64,000 nucleotides of DNA from Dudresnaya verticillata (taxonomy: Eukaryota), in the NCBI GenBank assembly GCA_977862235.1, contig OZ374565.1, positions 1,054,001 to 1,118,000 of the forward strand, read 5' to 3'. Both the position numbers and the translations under genes were made by a program. Shown piece after piece: positions 23,563-34,605 of this stretch (the stretch's first letter is position 1; each line of letters opens with the position of its first letter). The notes beneath the pieces were generated by a model. The model was not told the origin of the DNA, made no database searches, and saw only the letters and a program-made list of their open reading frames with translations.

Positions 23563-24771
23563 CCCTAGTCAGGGTGGGCGCTGGAAGCGAAACACACGCC
23601 ACATCCTCATACGGATTGACGCGGACGTGCACTCGTTACGGACGACTGGGGCTGTAATCAACCAGAGCAAGGACGATTGGGTTGGCGACACGCGAATAGG
23701 CAACCCTCTTCGGAGGGGGCCCGTAAGGACAGAACGGCTGAGAGTAGTCAGAAGGCGTGGAGAGCGCACGCACCACACGAAATCGGGCAACAACGAAATG
23801 GAAAATTTTAATGCGAAAATAATAACGCGGGCACCAGCCAGGCGACGGCGCCCAACAAACGGGAACCTGACAAGTGTGTACCCCAGCACGACGAGCACCC
23901 ACGAGGCAACCAAGCACGGACGCGACAAACCGTCTCCGACGTCCTCGCCCAAGTGCGCCACCCACGGCCAAGTCCGAAACTCGTCACCCTTACGGGCGAC
24001 GCACGCAACCGCCTCGAGGGGGACGCTCGCGAACGTCAACGACGTATCTCAAGTCGAAAAAGGGGTCGCCCACGAACACGAGAGAAGAAACAGTCGTCGA
24101 AGACGGAGTTGGGCTACGTTTCGTGCACGACGCGCTAATCGCAAAAATGACTCCGCCGCTGGGCGCGGCATCCGCACCCAGGAGTCGCAGGAAGCGCGCC
24201 CAACGCGCGGCGCACCGCCAACCTAACCGTCCCCGACGGTAACCCAACATGCCCTACGTCAAGGACGAAAAGCCAAACAACGAACGGCTCCCCAACTACA
24301 TATTCGCTTCACAAGGGGAATCACAATTTGAAGCAAAACGACTAAGTCGGCATAAGAACATGGCCCCTCCCAAAAGGGGTTACGCTACTGTAGCGGCATC
24401 AAGGAAAGAGAAAAACGCCATCAAGGCGGCACCGCCCCAAGCCTTTACACAAACGCTACTACAGCGGACAGACAACAACCACGTCTGTACGAACGGGACC
24501 CATCGGCTACCTACTGCTCGCTATCGCAGCGCTCTACATCAAGCGGACACATAAGCAACTACGTTTTAACAAACGGTCAAGTTTATTCGGGCTTCACAAG
24601 CGAGGGTAACCCCCGTGCCCGCATGACCTTCCACTACGACCTACGTCGTGAGACGCGGCACTAACCGTCCATGACGTATGAATCCCTCGCTCGCCGCCCC
24701 AACACGAGGCAGGCAAAGCGACACCACACGCGCTCTCGCGTTTGCTAACCGTTCTTAACGATCCAACAACG

Positions 24772-27067
24772 CTACGGCTTTTTCGTCGCAGACGGCTCAA
24801 GTGGGGCATCATCCCCGACGCCATTGGCGGATTCTCTTAACGCCTCTTCGTAGAGGTCGTCTTCCGTCACAGACGGTGCGCTCGCAGCAGGGGCAGGAAC
24901 GGACCGCAAGGGACCCGCCACAACCACTGCTGTCGACGTCGCGACATCCGCCGCTGGCGACGCACCTGCCTCACAATCCGCCTTAGGCGACGACTGCTCG
25001 TCAACCGCCATAGGCGCAACATTAGAGTCATTATCCACCTTAGGCGCTACACCAGGAAGCTCGCTCACCTTTGGCGGCGGAGCATCCTCAACCGCCTTGG
25101 GCGAAGTCGACGGCCCCGGCACCTCCGGTGACGGGACCGCATTAACCGCCAAAGGCGTTGAACGATCAATATCCGTCACCGACGAAGAGGCCACTGGAGC
25201 CTGCGGAACCGCCGTAGGCGCTGCCACCGCACTCGCCTTCGGCGGACTTTTGTTAACAACGTCAGTGGACGCAATGGCGGACGAACCCGCTAGGCGACAA
25301 AGGCTTTTTCGCCACTCCGTCATTAGACGCCGCACCTTCGTCGTTAGACGGCACAGTCGCAACGACGGTCGACGCCGGCACCGCAGCAACGCTGGGCTGC
25401 AGAGCAGCCAACAGCGAGTGCCCGAGGGGCGTCGTGGAGGACCCGCCCGACCCGTCAGTGACGACACCGGTGGCTCGCAAGAATGCGAGCACCGTGCGGC
25501 GCTGCTCCTCAGTCCATTTGGGCACTGCAGAAGGGCGATGCGCACCGTCAGCGACGTTAGACACTCCGCCTTGAGGCGTAACTACAGGCGCAGGACTCGC
25601 CACGGGCGCAGCAATGATGGCATCACCATCACCGTCGTTGACGGGCGCCGAGAGGTCCAATGGCGCGACCGACGGCAAGCCAACAGGCACAACAGCCGAC
25701 GGTCCTACCGCCGCTGGCGAAATCGTCGCGGGGGCTGTCGCACCCGCAGAAAGCCCAACCGCCATAGGCGTTATGACGTCCGTCCCAGACGGGTTAACCG
25801 GTCCGCTGTTAGCGTGGAACGCATCCTCCTCCGCCATCAAGGCGCTCAAGTGGGGTGGGAAATCCCCCGCAAAGTCGCAATTCTTGCGCAACCCACGTGG
25901 GTGATTCGCTGGCGTGAAGCGGTCCGTACGACGATGACTCTCAGCGATGTTCTCCGTCGTAAGACGTTTGGTCCACGGGTTGTACCACACCCAATCGCCA
26001 CAGGCGGAATGATTTCTACTCATCGCGTAACGCGGACGGTTTGCCTTACGGCGCCGGCTCCCCGGCGGCACAGCTGCCGGGTCGTCCCAGTTGACGTTAT
26101 CCGCCACATGGCGTAGATCCCAGAACTCTTGGCAGTTCCTGGTACCGCCCAGCACTTCGGCCAAGTCAAGCCCGCCAAGGAGGCTGACTACGCGTGGCGG
26201 CACATAATAGAGCCGGAAGGTGTCATACACCTCCCACATCCATGCGTAAGTTACGTTGACAACCCACTCGGTGAAAAACACGATCCAACATCGGGAGTAC
26301 GGGTCTGTCCGCAACTCGGAGCCAATATACGTAACACACGGAGGCAATTCAGCCGCAAAACCCTCGCAGACTTCAAAGTCCCGCCATAACGGCGGGACGC
26401 GAATGAAGCAATGCGGCAACTTTTCCCGCTCAATGCGATCAACTTGCGTATCTTGATACGGCACAAAAACGCCTTTGCGGCGGCGCGTTTCGCACTCCCA
26501 ACGGACTCAGCGCTCCCAATAGAAGGTGCCTGTCCTATGCAAGTACCTGAAATCCGCTTTCAAGCGTACACCGAGGAGGTTAGCCTCCTGAAGCACCCGC
26601 GGCTCAGCCGAAACAGCCACATGGCTCAATGACAACGTCCCAAGACGGCCCCCATACCCAACCTCGCCATTTGTGCGGTACTGCCCTGCGTCAAATTCAA
26701 AGACGGTGGGCGTCAATACCGACCCAGGATAGCGGGTAAACCGCCGATACACGTCAACGACGAAACGCGCATGGGCGTCTGCACGCGTCTGGCCAGCGGC
26801 AATACGCAGCCAACCCCGCGGAATGGCGCACCGGTGGCGCCACTCGTTCGTCCACACGACGGCCAGGGGCAACTCCCCTGGCAAAAATCCGCTCACAGCG
26901 TAATGGGTGATCAGATCCTCGTGTCGTAGGGCCTCCTGGTCAAACCAGGGGGCCCGCGAGAATAATCGCGCATCATTGCGGGGCGTCCTCCCGACGAAGT
27001 CGAAGGGGGACGGATACACCGGCGCCGCCGAAGGCGCAGCCACTTGCAGGCCATTGAACTGCGCCAT
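24772..27067 (-). pseudogene. Antisense extra ORF (~760 codons) in the chromovirus 3' region, with one internal stop and one frameshift
   Basis: ORFs 26507-27175 and 25262-26464 are in the same frame, separated by a single TGA. ATG at 27067. The Trp/Tyr-rich globular core is followed by an Ala/Pro/Ser tail that continues in 24772-25545. Confidence 0.75.
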
Positions 27068-27465
27068 TACGTCTGAGACGTTGAGTAATAACACGCCACT
27101 GGCGGACTTCACACGATACGTCAACGACGGTCTCGGACTCCGCAGTGGAGTCAACCACGCCAAAGGCGGAAGCAAACAAGGCGCACGTCAACGACGCTGG
27201 ACTGAACAACGCCGAAGGCGGACCTCAAAGAAACGCCCTAGGCGATGAGCGCACGCACGCGTGCAAAAGATACGACGTCTTCGACGGGAGTTGTTGCTGC
27301 GCCAACGGCGGGTGGACAACTGAACGTGCGTCGTTGACGGGGCTCAACCAACGCCAAGGGCGGGCAAACGCAGGCGAGAAGACGCGGGTGTCCGACACGA
27401 TCGGCACTGGAAGAGACACAGACGCGGGAAGGCAGGCTGAAGCAGGTTGACGTGTTCGCGTTTTC

Positions 27466-27473
27466 GGAGGGGG
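27466..27473 (+). promoter_or_regulatory. Polypurine tract
   Basis: GGAGGGGG lies 3 nt before the 3' LTR. Confidence 0.75.
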
Positions 27474-27476
27474 TCG

Positions 27477-28387
27477 TGTAGTGCCAGGGGGGGTCCCCCA
27501 TTTTCGCTTTCAAGCGGGTTGATATGAAGCGTCTACCGACGGACGACCGCCAACGGCGCTCAACCCGCCCGCGGCGCAAACACGTCACCGACGCATGCCG
27601 CTGGCCACTCGGGCCAGAACGGCTCGCTTGGCGTGCAGACCGCACGCCTGAACCCGGGGCACTGTACGGCGCCACGCGTGCGCACGTGGCGCAGTGGCAG
27701 GAATGTTCGCTGTAAGCGTGGCCCGAATCCGGATCCAATCGGGATCCCACATCGGGATCCGACATCGGGATTAGGTTGTGTAAGGCCCGCGCCTGTAAGC
27801 CTGGCGCATCCGCATCGCTATCCCGAATCCGGACTGGATCGGGATTGGCGCGAATCAAGATCGCACGCGCCATGAGGCGCATACGGCTGTAAGGAAATAG
27901 TCCACGTGTAGGTGTAAGGACTCGGACGGGGACGCTACGCGTGATCTGTCAGGAGCGCGGCTGCATGACGGACGGATCTGTCAGACGCGCCTCGGGACAA
28001 CACGTGTCCCGAGTTCCCGCGTTACGCGTACATCCGCGTCGCCGCCGCTAGGTAATCCTGTACTTAGTTGATCCGTCTCAGACGTCACAGTAAACCCTGG
28101 CAAGCCGGCCTTGGTCCAGACTTCCCCGTTCAGCACGCGCGTAACCTACCGCTACCTACGGCTAGGCGTCTACCTCCGTGCTTCCACGTCTCTACCCGTC
28201 CTCGACGTGTTCCCTTTCTGTTTTCTTTTGTTCTTCTTTTCCGCCTCGGGCGTTTACAGTCCGCCCCAGGCGAGTCAACCGCTCTACCACCAAGTCGCCC
28301 ATGGCGGGTCTACCTACCGCCGAGGGCGCAGCTACCCACCGAGCCCCGAACTGCTCGGCAGTGTCCGTCATCGACGTTTGCACTACA
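27477..28387 (+). repeat. 3' LTR
   Basis: TGTAG...CTACA, aligning to the 5' LTR. Confidence 0.95.
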
Positions 28388-28924
28388 GGCACCGGGGCCC
28401 GCGAGACACGCGCACCTCCGTATGCATCGCTGGCGCACTTCGCAACCGCCACCATACGTGAGGCGACCGTTCGTTGGCACCGAGGCCGTTACGAATCATT
28501 CGAGTACGAAACCGTCTCCCGCGTTGGCGCGCATTCGTGCTCACGTAGTACTACTTAGTAGCCATTCGTCTGGCACAACCTCCGAGGGTTTCCGATAAGC
28601 GACTAGCGCCCGGACCTCGGAGTCTTCGGTAAACGCCTGTTTCTTCAAGTTCGGTGTCTTCGTCTTCGTGACCGCGGATACGGTCGAGCCTTGCTTTCGA
28701 TAGCCCCGCGCACCCGGAGCCATCCCCGGTGATCGATCGCTCGAGTCCTCCCTTCCGCACACGAATACGTTGACACCGTGGTCCTTCGTGTTGGTCGCTC
28801 CGCTCTACCACGCTACCACCCCTTTTCGTTTCTCCGTTAGTCTATGAGGCCATTCGTTAGGATCCGAGGCCATTCCTTACAGTGCGAGACTTCCCCGCGT
28901 CACCGTGGACTTCGTTATACCACA
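28388..28924 (-). mobile_element. LTR fragment of another family, truncating the pogo-like transposase
   Basis: The minus strand begins TGTGG exactly where the transposase motif LPAHTSGK breaks off. A second TGTAAG lies at 28881. Confidence 0.55.
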
Positions 28925-29730
28925 TTTTCCGGACGTATGGGCTGGCAATGCGTACACTATCACATTGTGCTGCCCCAGTATTTCAAGAACCTCCAACGAA
29001 AGATGTGCGCGATAAACATCGTACATGAGAAGTACTTTACCGGTTGCGGTTAGATGTTGGACGTGGTTGACGAATTGGTATGCCCACATTCGAAAGTTGA
29101 CCGTATCAACACTTCCATTCTCCTCACGGTATGCACATGTGGAATGTGCGAGTACGTTGCATATGGGAGCCTCTGAAAATACCACACCGTTCCGAAGTAC
29201 GGTGCGAAACGGAACCTTCCTTCCCTTGAAAACGAAAAGAGGCGGAGCGGTATCTCCGCTAGCACAGATGACGGGCATCATTGTAATGCGATCCATCTTC
29301 TTAAAGTTTGCCAAGCGCATGTCTCGGGATCCGTTTCGTGGCATGAGACGGCGAGAACATGCCACTTTGATATCCCTCTCGGGCGTAACTCCGCTCTCGT
29401 CGAGGGTGTTTTGCGTCCAGTGCGTGTTGCTTGAGCAATTTCTCCAAAGTAGCAAAATGTGTTGTTAAGACCTCGCAGTTTACGGATGCAAAACGTTTGG
29501 CCTCTTGACGCAACGACTTGCAGAAAGCAAGTCGATTTTGGTGGCGCTTCCTGAAGTTCTGTAGGAGTGAAATGCCCGGTGAGCCGTTCTTGAAAGGCAG
29601 TAGCAAACGCCTTTCTGGAGACATACCGTGGACAACCATTTTAACAGCCTGCCGGAGATGTTCTTGTCTCAACGGAATGACGCGGTGAGCGCGCTCCTGT
29701 GCGTAAGGCCATGATAAATTAGCCAATCAC
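28925..29730 (-). pseudogene. pogo/Fot1-like (CENP-B HTH + DDE_1) transposase fragment
   Basis: PFKNGSPG...NFRKRH, DESG, RITMMPVICASG..PPLFVFKG, LLMYD..RAH and YALPAHTS. Frameshifted and truncated at both ends. Confidence 0.88.
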
Positions 29731-29734
29731 AGCA

Positions 29735-30400
29735 AGCCATCTCATTGGCGTCGTGCTGTTCCCAGCAATGCCATACAGTGTGGCCAGCAATGCACTGGGC
29801 CTTACAGCACTCCAGCACGCGCGGCGCATTACAGGCGCATGCTACTCAAAATATTACCCGCGCAGGCGCACAACACGTGTAGTGCTTACACCCCCTGGCG
29901 GCTCATTGCACCACAGCGTAGACTGGACACTCTCTCCAGTTGAAAGGGTTTCTGAGTCTCTCGCGCAATAAGCCAGTTATTGCCCTTCCACTGCGCTTGT
30001 GTGACGCTAAGAAAAGTATGGTGATGCGAGCGCAGGGTGACTGATTGTGGTTCCAAGCCTATTTCTTTCGTTGCTGTGTAACCAACTTTGTCAATAGGGG
30101 CAGGGGCAAGTCTCGGGATCAGCTTCACGCTGAGTTTCGGATTGAGATCGATTTCACACCGGAGATGATGGAAGAGATGCACAAGGACGACGTGAGGTGT
30201 TTTGACCTACACTAACGAGCATATGCACTATTTTGGACCACTTCAGGGGACCGCCTGACCTTCGAAAACGTCGCTGCAGCAAATCTTGTATCAGTATCAT
30301 ATGCTCCTCCCAGAGAATTCTGCAAAGGCACCAGGGTCGATAGCCACCCATGACTTGCATTTTAACCTACATGGATGGCTGAACTAGTACAGAGAACGTT
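29735..30400 (-). mobile_element. Old gypsy 3' relic: possible integrase tail, PPT and LTR start
   Basis: On the minus strand AGGGGG directly precedes TGTAAG at 29890, with further TGTA modules at 29833, 29806 and 29777. A weak LQRRF..GP (GPY/F-like) motif lies near 30250. Confidence 0.4.
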
Positions 30401-31846
30401 GGAATATGAGAATTGCAGCACGGCATTCGGCTATATGTTCTAGCTGCTTCCTCTTTATTGCGACTCAGCAACTGATTGAAGGCGTCAATACTCTGAAGAG
30501 AGGTCTCTACTGCCACATTCCAGAGAGCCATGAGACAAAAGAGTCTCCGTGCCAGGTTCAGGGCTATGATCTCTCGGTGAAAAAGGGATGTTGGCTACGC
30601 TTCGCAGGTAGGACCATGCGAACTCTGTCGATCTGAGAAATGAAATAATCATTCTAACCCGAGCCGTAGCGGGTTGTTTTCCTTTTGGCCTCTCTCTCTT
30701 GTTTTGCACTTACACAAGCTGCCGTGGACCACTCATGAGTTGTGAAGGTCTCACACAAAGATTTGGACAATGATTCGTGCAAGTGGTGGCATTTTGTGTA
30801 CCTTAACATTTGAAGGGCCTTCACAAGACATACAACGCTTGCTAATGCTTTTAAGAGAGGATTATTGTTTGCTTCAATACCACTTCCCCATCGAGCTACG
30901 GCAAGACAATCGGGAAAACACAGCAGTATACTGTAGTATGTCTCTAAGCGCACCGTCATCGTCTGCGACCAAGCACCTCCGCCTTCTGCATTGCCCGGCA
31001 ATGCATCCTAAGCTCGACCAGCTACCAATATTTGGGCATCTAGCCCACGCCTGTGGGATCAGCTCCAGCGGGACGCTGCTCCGGCTCAGAAAAGCAACAA
31101 AGCCCATCGATCGGCTCCGGAATTTGCGGCATCTCTCTTCCCTCATGCCCTGAGCCGCTCAAGTCGCATGAACGAAGACTTTCTGTAGCTGCAGTCATCG
31201 AGTATTCCCCCGTAATCACCACTCTCAATCAACATGTTCTGCAGCATTTTCATGCCGTCAGCGGGACGCAGCATTCTTCCCTGTTTTCATACCCTAACGT
31301 ACTCGCTACATGATATCCTATCGGTTACCCAAACTGCGAGCTCTCTATCGGCTGCCCGAAATGATGCATCGCTGTAGTATGGTAGTGATAGAAGAGCACG
31401 CGATTGGAATTGCCGTATCACATCATTGAGTTGTCGTCGTGTTGGAACGATTGGAAACCGCGAGGCACAACCCATCGCTGCTGCTTCGCTTCCACATCAT
31501 CATCATCACTTCCCCCTGAGCTCATGTGTAAGCGGTGGAATGAGCTACTCTGTAGCCGTGTAAATGCTTCTCCCCTTTGTAACATTTCCCGCACCCACGG
31601 TGTCTGCCTCGAAGTTGAACGGCATTTGACGTATGCCGAAGAACGGTCCTGGTAATCAGTCGTTCTTCAACCCGTCGTAACGGGTATTCCAGAGCGCAAT
31701 GAACCCTGATTGTGGCGACGCCACATAGAGCCAGCATGGATAACTTTACCAGAGATGAGAAACGATTGCGCGAAGGCACGTGTTGAAAACGGGAATTGCC
31801 AGTTAACAAGGTACATTAGCCAGCCATACACATCAGAAACAAATCT

Positions 31847-32563
31847 CTATCCCTCGTCCTCTTCATCCTCATTATCGTCAATACTCTCCATTGAAGGAGC
31901 TTCAATGGGGAGAGTCTTGCACCGGAAGAGATCAGCTAGATCTGACGACTCGGTTACTTCTATGATTCCCACATAAGCGGGATCAAAGCTATCCTCGCAC
32001 TGCTGCATTTCCACATCATAGCACCTCGCCGTTTCACACTTGGCCGCGAGGCTGAAGTCGACCCACCAGGTGCACCACTTTCCATAGTCGCCGCGAATCG
32101 CACGGACGTGGCGAAGCTCTATGTTGTTGTGGCGCCATTTGGCATTGTGCAGAACGCGGAGACTATCCATGGCAGACTCCTTCAACTTCTGGGCATCCCT
32201 CGAGAAGAGCTGCTCATCTCCAACATACAGACTGCCGTCTTTCATGGTGACGGGCAAGCCGACAAGCTCGGTGACGAGGATGACATTGGCGATGGAATAG
32301 CCGTGCGGACCCGCAGCAAGAAGGGGAGGGGTGACGTTTCCAACAATGCCGGGCACACGTGCGAGCTTGCGGTAGGTGAAGATCTCCTCAACAAGGAGGT
32401 TTCTGAGGTATGTGTTGCCATCTGGCAGGTTCGTCTTGACCATAGCAACTGTGTCTTCAACAGCAATGGACTGAAGAAGGTTACTCTCCGACGACCGCGC
32501 CCAAACTTGATCCGAAACATTCTTGAGCTGCTCGCACAAGGCCGCACTCGGGTCTGGATCCAT
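31847..32563 (-). CDS. Protein kinase-like fold protein (238 aa) with atypical catalytic motifs
   Basis: VAMVK, EIFTYRKL, TPPLLAAG, ILVTELVG, LRVLHNAKWRHNNIELRHV and WWVDFSLA follow kinase subdomain order. ATG start and acidic tail. Confidence 0.75.
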   Translation of the reverse strand: MDPDPSAALCEQLKNVSDQVWARSSESNLLQSIAVEDTVAMVKTNLPDGNTYLRNLLVEEIFTYRKLARVPGIVGNVTPPLLAAGPHGYSIANVILVTELVGLPVTMKDGSLYVGDEQLFSRDAQKLKESAMDSLRVLHNAKWRHNNIELRHVRAIRGDYGKWCTWWVDFSLAAKCETARCYDVEMQQCEDSFDPAYVGIIEVTESSDLADLFRCKTLPIEAPSMESIDDNEDEEDEG

Positions 32564-33829
32564 GCTGTACGCGTTGCTGCTTGAGAGCGGGTGCGGGTGA
32601 GGGGCTAGGGAGTTGTGGCTTCAACGGGGCTGGGCGGGTGTCGGGTCGAAGGGGGACGTAGCGGCGTGCAGCAGGCGGAGGTCGCGTTTCGTGCGTTGCA
32701 GTGTCGCCGCAGGTGAGGGTGAAGGGGTAGGCGGTTGCGGCGGCAGGGGTTTGCAGCGGATGGCGAGGTGCGAGGGATGGTAGTGGCACGCTACAGGCAG
32801 GGATGGTGAGCAGTCGGACCTGCAGCTAAAGGGGCGTTGAACGGGAGCTGGTGCGCGAAATGTGCGGGTGAGCAGGTCTGAGGAACAGATCACGCGCGAG
32901 CGCTGATGGTGGTCCATGATGGCGCGGTGGGCGAAGACGCGCCGCGTGGGACAGGAGCACCTCTCCAGGGACCGCGCGCGCTCGGGCCCGCGTGGCCGCG
33001 CGCCGCGGCGGGTGCGCGCGCGCGGTCACCGAATCTGCGCGCATTCGCAGGAACGCGCGCGCCGGAGACAGCGCTGGGGGAATGCTCCGCGTTGCATTCG
33101 CCGCGCGCATGGCCGCGTTGTGCGGCGCGCGAGGCCGGCGCTGACTCTGTTTCGCGCGGTGCGCATGGGGGCGGGTGGGGCGGATGGGGCGCTCGTGTGG
33201 CATTTTCGCAATAGACGCCGCGCGTTGCGACGGAGTGCGCATCTGTAGTTGCAAGCGGCTGCGGTGTTCTTCAAGCCGCGGAATCTGTGCTGACGCTGTC
33301 GCAGAAACACTACTTCAAGCGGCTCTGCGTGTGAGTCCGCTTTCCCTGTGCGGCGGTCCGCTGCGGGCCCAGCGCAAATGCACCGGAAATGATTGTGTCT
33401 TCCCCCGTACGGGGGGGGGGGGGGGGGGGGCTGTAGTCTTTCCTCTGAATAATGGTCTATTCCGCCTGTTTCCCCCTGTTTTCCGTGGCAATCTGTCACC
33501 CTCCGTGACGCGTCAGCCTTCGTCAACAACAGCCAGCAAGCAGCAGCCCTTTTCCGCAGCCGACTTCGCCATCCCCGCGATGAAGTCGCATTTCCTCCTA
33601 GATCACTTCCAGCAAGCACCTCAAACGCATCCCGCGCCTTGTTCGTTGCACCTGATTTCCCACCATCCCAACCCCTGCATCCCACACATCGCGGGCGCTG
33701 TACGTAGTACTGATGCCGACGCGCTGTGTGCAACCTCTCACATGCGGCAGCCTATCTACCACCACCGCCTAGCACTACCGTTTCCTTCACTCCAATATTC
33801 CCAAGCAGAACAACCACCCATTCCCGACC

Positions 33830-34605
33830 CCCCGCTGCCAGGTCCAACCTTTCCTAGCACCGCATCTACCGTCTCCCTAACCGAGTAGAGTACTCCTTGC
33901 TGTAAATCCTAATGTTCTTTCCTCACCCGAATCTTCTCCTCTCCCCATCAATCCTCAAACTCGACCGCAGTTCCCCTCACATTGTCGATATCCCTTTGCT
34001 TGACTACCCCGCCTGGTCTAATTCTCTCCATCCTTTTCAGAGCGGTCCTACCGTCGTTCTCCGGCATGATAAGCAGGGGATGTAGTACTGCGCCCCGTCC
34101 CTAGCCCCGAACGTAACTTCTCTCGGACCGAGTAGAGCACCCCCTTCCTGTAGACCATAAACTTCTTTCCCCACCCGAATTTTCCCCTCTCCTCGACACT
34201 ACCTCCAGCTCAACCCCAATCGAGTCGTCCACTCGTATTCTCAACATCCCTCCGCTCGACTAAACCTCCTCTCCTAATCGCTCTGGTCCAACCTCATAAG
34301 CACACCCCTACCATCGCTCTCCGCCGTGATGAGCAGGGGATGGAGTACTGCACCCGTCCCTAGTGCCGAACGTAACTTCTCCAAAACCGAGCCGGGTGCT
34401 TCTTCCTGTAAACCCCAACTTTCCTCTCCCCACCCGAATCTTCCCTTCTTCCCACCTCATCCTCCAACTCGACCCCAGCTCCCCTCACATTCTCGATATC
34501 CCTTCGCTCAACTACCTCGCCTAGCCGAATTCGCTCCAACCTCTTCAGAGCGCCCCTACCGTCGTTCTCCGCCGTCATGAGCATGGGATGGAATACTGCA
34601 CCGCG
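33830..34605. repeat. Diverged tandem repeat, about three units of ~250-260 bp
   Basis: ctacc.tcg.tctccg....atga..agca.gggatg.a.tactgc recurs near 34048, 34308 and 34556. cacccgaat.tt.ccc recurs near 33925, 34171 and 34431. Confidence 0.85.

Larger units (their letters stand above)
15230..28387 (+). mobile_element. Full-length Ty3/gypsy chromovirus, ~13.2 kb
   Basis: Two ~910-bp LTRs, PBS, gag, pol with chromodomain, a 3.9-kb 3' region and a PPT. Confidence 0.96.

Noticed and set aside
23381..24226. 281-aa ORF as env or a third sense gene
   Set aside because: Non-ATG start, no transmembrane segment, and an Arg/Thr-rich composition typical of GC-rich non-coding frames.
25097..26116. 339-aa plus-strand ORF
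   Set aside because: Shadow of the minus-strand ORF, with no protein-like motifs.
32600..33900. Several overlapping 100-237 aa ORFs and a 20-nt poly-G run at 33411-33430
   Set aside because: GC-rich intergenic or promoter-like sequence with stop-poor frames on both strands. The homopolymer is uninformative and its length is unreliable.
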